Both the position numbers and the translations under genes were made by a program. A stretch of DNA of 24,937 nucleotides from an archaeon (lineage in GTDB: Archaea; Nanobdellota; Nanobdellia; Woesearchaeales; UBA9642), in the NCBI GenBank assembly GCA_043806035.1, contig JAZDHK010000034.1, forward strand, positions 1 through 24,937. Direction: 5' to 3'. This document shows, piece after piece, positions 18,446 through 24,937 of the stretch; the first letter of the stretch is position 1, and every line of letters starts with the position of its first letter. Under the pieces are notes generated by a model. The model did no database searches and was not told the origin of the DNA. It was given only the letters and a program-made list of their open reading frames with translations.

Positions 18446-18778
18446 TTATTTGTACACTTCAATCCTGATCTTTCTGACGGTGTCGGGATTGATGCCTGCC
18501 TGTTCTGGCATGGAGCGTTGCTCGAAATCGTTGAGTGCGTCGTTTACCATGTATTCTATGCTAGATGTTCCCCAATTGCCACCTGCGAATGCGTATTTGC
18601 CATTAAACGTGGCACCTTGTACCGTTGTAACCTTCTGAGAAGGCTCTTCTCTTGGTCCGGTCCGTTCGCACTGCCAGACAAGATCAGGTCCGAATAAGGC
18701 CTTGTAGGTAAGATACACTGCGGTGAGTGCAACGGCGCCAATCCCCGCAAACAATGTTCTGTCTTGCCATTTCTTCAT
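18446..18778 (-). CDS. Small protein with an N-terminal membrane anchor
   Basis: AAGGTGG SD before ATG 18778; TM segment LFAGIGAVALTAVYLTY; TATA at 18817-18824. Confidence 0.7.
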   Translation of the reverse strand: MKKWQDRTLFAGIGAVALTAVYLTYKALFGPDLVWQCERTGPREEPSQKVTTVQGATFNGKYAFAGGNWGTSSIEYMVNDALNDFEQRSMPEQAGINPDTVRKIRIEVYK

Positions 18779-19144
18779 GAAAACCACCTTGTATGATTAG
18801 AATGAAATCTTATGTCATTTATAAATTTTGTGTTTCGTAATCACTGTTAAGTGACTAATGGTGTGAAACACTAGAATTCTGCAATTCTAGGGCGTGGTGC
18901 GACTTTCTGCTCAAAAAAGGATTGCGCATGGTTCTCTGGATTTTTGGCGCAATTCTTTCTTCGAGGGTCGGGGATCTGATCATTCTTTTTGTTTACTGTT
19001 TGTAAGACGCTGGTTTATTTAAATGTTGTCCTACAATTCAGCAATTCGTGAGCCAGTATTTACTCGCAGATCGATGGTGTTGTAAAGGCCGTTTGCGAAT
19101 TTGTAGCTATCTCTGAATGTTATTACTATTTAGTGGTTATAAAA

Positions 19145-19160
19145 CCGAAACATTTAAATA
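19145..19160 (+). promoter_or_regulatory. Archaeal BRE/TATA promoter of the DGR target gene
   Basis: CCGAAACATTTAAATA, 45 nt upstream of ATG 19206; GGAGG SD at 19194-19198. Confidence 0.7.
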
Positions 19161-19205
19161 GGAGTTACGACACAACAAGAGCATACAGTCATTGGAGGTC
19201 ATACA

Positions 19206-20060
19206 ATGTTAACCTTTGAAAAAGAAGTTCGTGTCGTAAAAGATGTTCAAGGACAGGAATTTTACGCAAACAACATTCCAGATGCTCTAGAAGCAGCGCT
19301 GAAAGCTGCGGCAGGCGGCGGCTATGTGGCAAGCTTCCCGCAACTCGTACATGCACGCCTTATCACAGAGAACGGCAGCGATCCTATTTGGCAGAAGTGG
19401 TGGACGGCAAACGGCAGCGAGAATGTAGGCAAAACCAAGCAGGGAAAACCTGTCGTTCTGACTATTAATGGACAGCTGCCCTCGCCTGACAGAATAAGGC
19501 AAGCGCTTCGCGAAGGGCTCATTGGCGGACGCATGCAACATACAGACGAAGAGTTCCAGTATATGCTCACTGACCCTAATGTTCCTGAGCTGTCATACAA
19601 AGAAGTAAAAGAGGGTAAGAACCTTCCTATACTCTACAGGGTCGTCACAGATTTCAATGAAGAAGCAAAACTGCCCTCAGGCTACGAACCTATAGACAGA
19701 TGGAGAGGCAACCAACGCTTCATTATCAGAGCTGGCGGAGAAGAGAAGGCTAACCAGATCCTAGATAGAAGTGCACAGGTGTACAATACAAAGAAGTATG
19801 GAAATTGGACATTTTTCAAAGACGCTAACCCAGATAAGCCTCAGGGGCTTGTGCCTGTCCTTGGCGACGGCGGCGACTACGGCTTCGATGGCAGCTTCCT
19901 CGGCAGCAACGTGCGGTTTGGTGGGGTAGCGCCGGAGGCGCTCGTGGCGCGCGAAAAATTCGCACCTACTCTTGAGCAGATATCCGATGCTATGACTGAT
20001 CTTATAGCACCAAAGAATATGGATCTTGTGCAGGAGCGCTTGCGCCAGTTATACAAATAA
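19206..20060 (+). CDS. DGR variable (target) protein, putative C-type-lectin-like fold
   Basis: Contains the VR encoding GLVPVLGDGGDYGFDGSFLGSNVRFGGV; no signal peptide. The fold is inferred from characterised DGR targets. Confidence 0.9.
   Translation: MLTFEKEVRVVKDVQGQEFYANNIPDALEAALKAAAGGGYVASFPQLVHARLITENGSDPIWQKWWTANGSENVGKTKQGKPVVLTINGQLPSPDRIRQALREGLIGGRMQHTDEEFQYMLTDPNVPELSYKEVKEGKNLPILYRVVTDFNEEAKLPSGYEPIDRWRGNQRFIIRAGGEEKANQILDRSAQVYNTKKYGNWTFFKDANPDKPQGLVPVLGDGGDYGFDGSFLGSNVRFGGVAPEALVAREKFAPTLEQISDAMTDLIAPKNMDLVQERLRQLYK
19844..19929 (+). repeat. DGR variable region (VR)
   Basis: 86 nt aligning to TR with 15 substitutions at TR adenines (12 A>G, 3 A>T), one C>T and one 3-nt gap. 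Confidence 0.95.
19928..19942 (+). promoter_or_regulatory. DGR target-recognition hairpin 3' of VR
   Basis: AGCGCC-GGA-GGCGCT; absent downstream of TR. Confidence 0.8.
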
Positions 20061-20063
20061 GTA

Positions 20064-20095
20064 ACTTTTTTATACTTCTTCTTTTTATTTTCCTC
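20064..20095 (+). terminator. T-rich archaeal terminator after the target gene
   Basis: CTTTTTTATACTTCTTCTTTTTATTTTCCTCT directly after the stop codon. Confidence 0.55.
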
Positions 20096-20099
20096 TCGT

Positions 20100-20282
20100 C
20101 CCAGCTACAGCATCTAAACGGGTGCTGAGAGAGTAGCTTGGAACTACACGCTCGTTCACTACGGCAAAACTCTCATTTTGCCATAAAATACAGCCTCAAC
20201 AGCGATGAAGGGGCAGTGAACGCCGAGAATTAACGTTCTCGACCCTGAACAGTGATTCAGGAAAGTGAACGCGCTACTGTGC
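20100..20282 (+). ncRNA. Putative structured 5' leader of the DGR template RNA
   Basis: At least five stems plus a long-range 8-bp pairing in about 180 nt with no credible ORF. Confidence 0.55.
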
Positions 20283-20371
20283 GGGGCTTGTGCCTGTCCT
20301 TGGCAACAACGACAACAACGGCTTCAATGGCAACAACAACCTCAACAACAACGCGCGGTTTGGTGGAATAG
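20283..20371 (+). repeat. DGR template region (TR)
   Basis: 89 nt with 11 AAC/AAT codons in the VR frame and 26 adenines; ends 40 nt upstream of the RT start. Confidence 0.95.
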
Positions 20372-20411
20372 TCAGGCTATTAAACGCTGGGACACTTTTC
20401 TTTTCTCGAAC

Positions 20412-22082
20412 ATGGCTACCGACGAGGATATGTTTACTCGGCTATGTTCTTACACTAATCTTGAACTCGCTTTTCAAAAAGCGCGAAGAGGAAAGACTCT
20501 CAAATCATATGTTATAGACTATGAAGCCAATCTGAAAGAGAACTTGCTCAAATTAAGAAACGAGTTATTGTTGCTCACGTATCGCCCATTACCTCTTAAG
20601 ACATTCATTCTCCACGATCCAAAAACGAGAAAGATTAGCAAATCCGACTTCCGCGACAGAGTCATCCATCATGCAGTGTGTAACATTATCGAGCCTCTCT
20701 TTGATAAGACGTTTATTTATGACAGCCACGCTAACCGGCTGGGCAAAGGAACATTCAAAGCAATAATACGCTACGAGCAATTTGCGCGGCAAGTATCAAA
20801 AAACAACACGAGAACTGTCTTTGTGCTTAAGGTAGACGTCAAACATTATTTCGACACTGTTGACCACAAGATGCTCATGCAGATACTTGCAAGGAGAATA
20901 AGTGATGAACGGGTCTTGTGGCTTATTGGTGTTATTCTTGCCAATCATCACACGACAGAGGAAGGGAAGGGCATGCCGCTTGGTAATCTGACGAGTCAAT
21001 TCTTCGCTAATGTTTATCTCAACGAGCTTGATCAATTCGTGAAGCATGAACTCAGGGCAAAATACTACATTCGGTATGTTGATGATTTTGTCATCATGCA
21101 CACATCACAAAAAGTGCTTGATGAGTATAAGCGAAGAATTGATGACTTTCTGAACGATCATCTTGCTGTTGCATTGCATCCTGACAAGTCAAAAGTCATT
21201 CCACTTGTGCAGGGCGTGGTCTTCTTAGGCTTTAAAATCCATCCTTACCATAAGCGAGTGAGAGATAAGAATGTGCGCAAGTTCGAGAGAAAACTTGCAG
21301 ATCATGCAGCATCATGTGCTCAAGGGATGATTACAAGAGAGCAGGCGGTCGAGTGTTTTGAAGGATGGCTTGCCTACATCGCTCACGCCAACACGTACAA
21401 ATATCGTCGAGCAATCACAAGACGATTTAACGCGCTCTTTCCCATTGAGCCCATGCAACCGCTTGAGCATGTGAAGAAACATGAGCGTAATATACGACGC
21501 GCAGAAATTGCAGAGAACCAATTCACGACACAGAAAACATTACTGCTCTACAGAAAGGGATTGACCATCAAGCAGATTGCGGAACAGCGAGGCATCAAAG
21601 AATCTACGGTATGGCAACATTTCGCCAGTCTTATTGAGCATCATCAACTGTCCGTCTGGCAGTTGCTCGCTAAAGAGAAAATCATCAAGATACTGCATCA
21701 CATCCAATCTGAGCAGGACAGGCTTAAAGACATCAAAGAACGTCTCAACGACGCAACAATAACCTATGATGAACTGGCTTGCGTTCTTGCATTCGTGAAA
21801 AGAAAGAATAAGAAGAGCAACATCTGCTTTCTTGCAAACTGGTATCAGCACAATTACTGTTATCGAAAATGCCCACTATCGCAGCGTCGAGTATGCAAAT
21901 TCAAATTTGATGAGTTTATCAGGAAAAATCCGACGCTGGAGATGAGAAGAAAGGAATTTCTCGGCCTGTTCAATGTGTACATGACTATTTGCATATTATC
22001 TGATGCAAAGAAACGAGAATATGTCTCGTGGATTGAGTTCAGGCAGAGGCTCACTTCAGTTTCAAGAAATCGCTCGGCGTAA
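20412..22082 (+). CDS. DGR reverse transcriptase with C-terminal HTH and Cys-rich extension (556 aa)
   Basis: FRDRVIHHA, KVDVKHYFDTVDH, GMPLGNLTSQFFAN (DGR-type GxxxSQ), YIRYVDDF, FLGF; then TLLLYRKGLTIKQIAEQRGIKESTVWQH. Confidence 0.93.
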   Translation: MATDEDMFTRLCSYTNLELAFQKARRGKTLKSYVIDYEANLKENLLKLRNELLLLTYRPLPLKTFILHDPKTRKISKSDFRDRVIHHAVCNIIEPLFDKTFIYDSHANRLGKGTFKAIIRYEQFARQVSKNNTRTVFVLKVDVKHYFDTVDHKMLMQILARRISDERVLWLIGVILANHHTTEEGKGMPLGNLTSQFFANVYLNELDQFVKHELRAKYYIRYVDDFVIMHTSQKVLDEYKRRIDDFLNDHLAVALHPDKSKVIPLVQGVVFLGFKIHPYHKRVRDKNVRKFERKLADHAASCAQGMITREQAVECFEGWLAYIAHANTYKYRRAITRRFNALFPIEPMQPLEHVKKHERNIRRAEIAENQFTTQKTLLLYRKGLTIKQIAEQRGIKESTVWQHFASLIEHHQLSVWQLLAKEKIIKILHHIQSEQDRLKDIKERLNDATITYDELACVLAFVKRKNKKSNICFLANWYQHNYCYRKCPLSQRRVCKFKFDEFIRKNPTLEMRRKEFLGLFNVYMTICILSDAKKREYVSWIEFRQRLTSVSRNRSA

Positions 22083-22461
22083 GAACACGAATGCCCTCAA
22101 ACACCTTAAGTTTGAGCAGATGCTGGTCTTGTGAGATGATGCAATCAGCATTCGCTGCTTTGGCACATTCAAGAAAAATGTTGTCAGATGGGTCGTCGGT
22201 GATAACATTCACTTTCTGAGCGGGTTCGACGAGCGTCGCCAGTTCCACGATTTTCTGGAAAGAGTTACGAACCTCAAGATGCTTGTTTTTCACCTTATCT
22301 TTGATCTCTTTGTAATCGAGCACTCTTGAGAATTCGTCAAGAATGTCTTTTGAGACGAAGAGTTCGTGCTTTTTCTCCTCGATCAGTTTCACTATTCTAA
22401 ACGAGTCGCCATACCAGAACGTAGCCGAAAGCAAAACATTGGTGTCCAGAACCAGTTTCAT
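22051..22461 (-). CDS. PIN-domain (VapC-like) toxin
   Basis: MKLVLDTNVLLSA, ILDEF, DDPSDNIFLECA, IISQDQHLL; ATGA-coupled to the antitoxin. Confidence 0.92.
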   Translation of the reverse strand: MKLVLDTNVLLSATFWYGDSFRIVKLIEEKKHELFVSKDILDEFSRVLDYKEIKDKVKNKHLEVRNSFQKIVELATLVEPAQKVNVITDDPSDNIFLECAKAANADCIISQDQHLLKLKVFEGIRVLTPSDFLKLK

Positions 22462-22715
22462 CGTGATTTCCTGAACTTGTGCACCATGTCGGGAATGTCT
22501 GATTCTTTCATGCCTGTCTTTTTCATCTCTTCTTTGAGCGGCTTTGTTATCTGCTCAAATGTTTGAGACGTTACGCGTTTCATGATGAGCGCGTCGTTGC
22601 TAAGCATGAAGAGCACCTTGCTGCCTTCCTCAAGACCCATGCTGTCTCTGATGTTGTTCGGAATGCATACCTGTCCTCTGGAGCTGACCGTTCCCATTTC
22701 AATCATATCGTCCAT
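22458..22715 (-). CDS. AbrB/MazE/SpoVT-family antitoxin
   Basis: VSSRGQVCIPNNIRDSMGLEEGSKVLF; GAGGTGA SD. Confidence 0.92.
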   Translation of the reverse strand: MDDMIEMGTVSSRGQVCIPNNIRDSMGLEEGSKVLFMLSNDALIMKRVTSQTFEQITKPLKEEMKKTGMKESDIPDMVHKFRKSR

Positions 22716-22734
22716 CGTAAATCACCTCAACTTA

Positions 22735-22816
22735 CTTACTAGTAAGGTATAACTTATTTATAAATTTTGTGCTTTCCTTACCTCTTTTGTGGTAAGTCAC
22801 TACCACTTTTATGGTA
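22735..22816 (-). promoter_or_regulatory. TA promoter with palindromic operator candidates
   Basis: CTTACTAGTAAG palindrome (22735-22746); TATA/BRE 22756-22771; two TACC-N8-GGTA boxes starting at 22779 and 22801. Confidence 0.6.
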
Positions 22817-23017
22817 AACGCTGTTTGTCGGCGTTGTTCTTGAGGGGCACAATGTGCCCACGCCGCTTAAATACGATACGCAACCTTGCTTGTCAAGGAA
22901 ATGTACAAAATTTTTCACCTGACTGTTTAAATACTTAGGCGAGCATAAGAATGCTGGGGGAAATTGTAATACATCCTCCGAGCGCGCAATATAAACCGCC
23001 GCACGCTTAAAGAAAGT

Positions 23018-23045
23018 GTATAACATAATCGGACATAATGTAATA
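23018..23045. other. dif-like recombination site candidate
   Basis: GTATAACATAA-TCGGAC-ATAATGTAATA. The reverse complement of the left arm, TTATGTTATAC, matches the E. coli XerD arm TTATGTTAAAT at 9/11. Confidence 0.4.
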
Positions 23046-23080
23046 AATCATGGAAGCTAAAAGGGTATGAGGTGAAAAAC

Positions 23081-23635
23081 ATGGTATGGACTTACAAACG
23101 TGAACCCTTAGAAGATAACGAAGCCGACTTGCTCAGAAGAAACTGCAAAAGCTTTGAGGAAGAGCTTGTGATTAACGTGCTCCTTGATACGGGCATGAGA
23201 GTGAGCGAGCTTGCCCACCTCGAAGAGCAGAACGTGGCCTGGCAACGCAGTTGCATCAACCTTACAGGCAAAGGCGGTAGACGACGCGTCATTCCCATGA
23301 GCAATCTGGTGGGCTTCTATCTGACGCACACGTTTAGCAAGCAATCGAGGGTGCCGTTAGCTATTCGTACTATTGAGAAGTACGTCAAGGTTGTGGCAGA
23401 GCGCGCGCGGCTCAAGAAGAAGGTTAGCCCGCACATCTTACGACACACCTTCGCCGTCATGTACCTGCACCGTGGCGGCAATCTTCGAGCGTTGCAATCA
23501 ATTCTGGGGCACAGCAGCATAACCACAACAGACATTTACTTGAACTATTCTGGCAAACGGGTGATTGAGGATTTTCAGAAAGTGTGGCAGCAAAAGGAGG
23601 TCGGCAACGCGAGCTTGAAGCAGTTTTTCCCATGA
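23081..23635 (+). CDS. Tyrosine recombinase (Xer/integrase family), catalytic domain only
   Basis: TGMRVSEL, GKGG, HILRHTFA, LGHSS and TTDIY give an intact R-K-H-R-H-Y set; a GAGGTGA SD favours ATG 23081 (alternative GTG 23072). Confidence 0.92.
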   Translation: MVWTYKREPLEDNEADLLRRNCKSFEEELVINVLLDTGMRVSELAHLEEQNVAWQRSCINLTGKGGRRRVIPMSNLVGFYLTHTFSKQSRVPLAIRTIEKYVKVVAERARLKKKVSPHILRHTFAVMYLHRGGNLRALQSILGHSSITTTDIYLNYSGKRVIEDFQKVWQQKEVGNASLKQFFP

Positions 23636-24937
23636 GCGAATCCCTCACTAATGATGCGTTATTATGGACAATACTACTGGCTGGATTGGGCATTGTTATT
23701 AAGAACTGGTATGATAGCTTGTATATGCAGCAAATTTTGCACACTGTGCTCTTGCTGGTGTACGGCCTGGCTATTTTGTCAGCATTCCTTCTTGTGCTAT
23801 ACTTATTACTCAGGCATGGTCAGAAGAATAAGGAACACATCAATGATTTCAAAAGCAGCATAGCCAGCTATGAGCGAGAATATGCAAATCTTGTAGAATT
23901 GAAAGAGGCACAACACGGTCTCGACAACTATTTACGCTGGCAGCCATTTCTTGTGCGTCACTATCCATTACTTATTAACAAAAGCAAGCGGCACTTTCTC
24001 GTGCAAAAACACAAACTTCAGCTCCAAATTGAAAAGGCTGAACAGCGACGAATTCGTGCAGAACGTGCTGAACAAAAGGAACGAGAAAAAATCGAAAAAC
24101 TATACGAATATTTTAAGAAAAGGAACTCTTGCAAGTCCATTCCTGCATGGGCGTCATCGTACTCGCAAAGCATGGTTAAAAACGCAATAAGCTGGTTTAA
24201 GGATGATGAAGATGAACGCTGTGAACGACAACAAAAAGAAAGGCACAGGCAGGAGGACAAACAAAAGGCAAGAAGGTTTGTGCGTGCGCACAATGGTTTG
24301 CCAGTAGACTTTGCAAACTGCGACGATGAGGAACGCGCAGACTACCTTGAAGCCTTACAATTAAACAAGGAACATAAGCTCACCATTGATGAACCAATTA
24401 ACGAAGAGATAGACTTTGATGATGACGAACGACGATTTTATCATGCCAATAAACTCAAAGCACTCAAACGTGAGGAGCTGCTGCGCAAGCACGGCTACAG
24501 GCACAAAGCATTCATCAAGCTTGATGGCAAGCGCGGTAACAACCTCATCATCAAAAATGACACGCGCAAAGAGAGCGATTATCATTTCTGTCTCAAACAC
24601 CTGTTTGCAGAGCTTGATCCTGAGCAAGCAGAAATAGAATATGGCGCAGATGATAAACGCGCAGACGTCGTGTTCCATTTGCCACAGAATAAATTGTTAG
24701 CTGTTGAGATAGAAACGGGAACAAATAAGGAGCTTGCTACGCAAAAGAAAGTTGAATGGCTCAATGCTGCTTTTGATAATTGGATGATTGTGTGCAGCAG
24801 ACACAACAAGCAACACTACAAAAAATATGTTAACAATAAGAAGAGCTACTGTTTAACGGTCAAGCATGCAGCAGAGAAAATCAACCAGTTACTAGCAAGA
24901 CCTGCCCGCATAGGGATAATTAAGCCCGCTGTTGCAC
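23632..24937 (+). CDS. Membrane-anchored coiled-coil protein with a C-terminal PD-(D/E)XK nuclease-like domain (partial, >435 aa)
   Basis: Translated by hand: ATGA overlap with the recombinase and no stop to the window end; two N-terminal hydrophobic helices; ESDYH..EIEY..RADVV..AVEIETG. Confidence 0.8.
   Translation, partial: MSESLTNDALLWTILLAGLGIVIKNWYDSLYMQQILHTVLLLVYGLAILSAFLLVLYLLLRHGQKNKEHINDFKSSIASYEREYANLVELKEAQHGLDNYLRWQPFLVRHYPLLINKSKRHFLVQKHKLQLQIEKAEQRRIRAERAEQKEREKIEKLYEYFKKRNSCKSIPAWASSYSQSMVKNAISWFKDDEDERCERQQKERHRQEDKQKARRFVRAHNGLPVDFANCDDEERADYLEALQLNKEHKLTIDEPINEEIDFDDDERRFYHANKLKALKREELLRKHGYRHKAFIKLDGKRGNNLIIKNDTRKESDYHFCLKHLFAELDPEQAEIEYGADDKRADVVFHLPQNKLLAVEIETGTNKELATQKKVEWLNAAFDNWMIVCSRHNKQHYKKYVNNKKSYCLTVKHAAEKINQLLARPARIGIIKPAVA

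Larger units (their letters stand above)
19206..22082 (+). mobile_element. Diversity-generating retroelement (target/VR - structured spacer - TR - RT)
   Basis: VR/TR pair differing almost only at TR adenines, a DGR-type RT and a hairpin immediately 3' of VR. Confidence 0.96.

Noticed and set aside
4278-19160. Identical 16-mer CCGAAACATTTAAATA before the operon and the DGR target as evidence of co-regulation
   Set aside because: It matches the generic archaeal BRE/TATA consensus.
20304-20352. AAC tandem repeats as a microsatellite or CRISPR array
   Set aside because: Explained by TR. There is no repeat-spacer periodicity and no cas gene in the window.
20265-20411. Gln-rich N-terminal extension of the RT ORF, and ORF 20290-20517
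   Set aside because: Both are by-products of stop-free AAC repeats in TR. RT homology begins after ATG 20412.
20412-22082. RT as a group II intron, retron or defence RT
   Set aside because: The GxxxSQ motif and the adjacent A-specific TR/VR pair identify a DGR; no intron domain V or retron VTG motif was seen.
18817-22771. Identical 16-mer ATTTATAAATTTTGTG at 18817-18832 and 22756-22771 as att repeats flanking DGR plus TA
   Set aside because: Both copies sit about 40 nt upstream of minus-strand starts and read as BRE/TATA; a similar sequence precedes kae1. Promoter consensus is sufficient, though an empty-site comparison would be decisive.
22778-23026. 82-aa minus-strand ORF between the TA pair and the recombinase
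   Set aside because: No recognisable motif or SD, and it overlaps operator and dif-like sites.
1-24937. tRNA/rRNA genes or a second VR
   Set aside because: None was recognised by eye; tRNAscan-SE and a BLASTN search with TR would be needed to exclude them.

Overview
An archaeal genome segment, probably from a DPANN lineage such as Woesearchaeota. This is inferred from a stand-alone Kae1, BRE/TATA promoters, TGA used as stop and many orphan genes. From left to right: (1) orphan genes, a TrpF-like barrel, an HNH-type protein and kae1 (1-3.7 kb). (2) A 9.7-kb, six-gene coupled operon (4387-14130) ending in an active GHKL ATPase and a degenerate, membrane-targeted GHKL paralog, flanked on each side by paralogous small membrane proteins. 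(3) A membrane-anchored glycoside-hydrolase-like protein, small orphans and a metzincin protease. (4) A diversity-generating retroelement (DGR): target gene 19206-20060 with VR 19844-19929, TR 20283-20371 and RT 20412-22082. No avd gene is visible in the window, a structured non-coding leader precedes TR, and the RT carries a C-terminal HTH plus Cys-rich extension. (5) An AbrB-PIN toxin-antitoxin pair, a catalytic-domain-only tyrosine recombinase next to a dif-like site, and a membrane-anchored PD-(D/E)XK nuclease-like ORF that runs off the window end and is missing from the ORF track. All family assignments come from reading motifs by eye; no searches were run.
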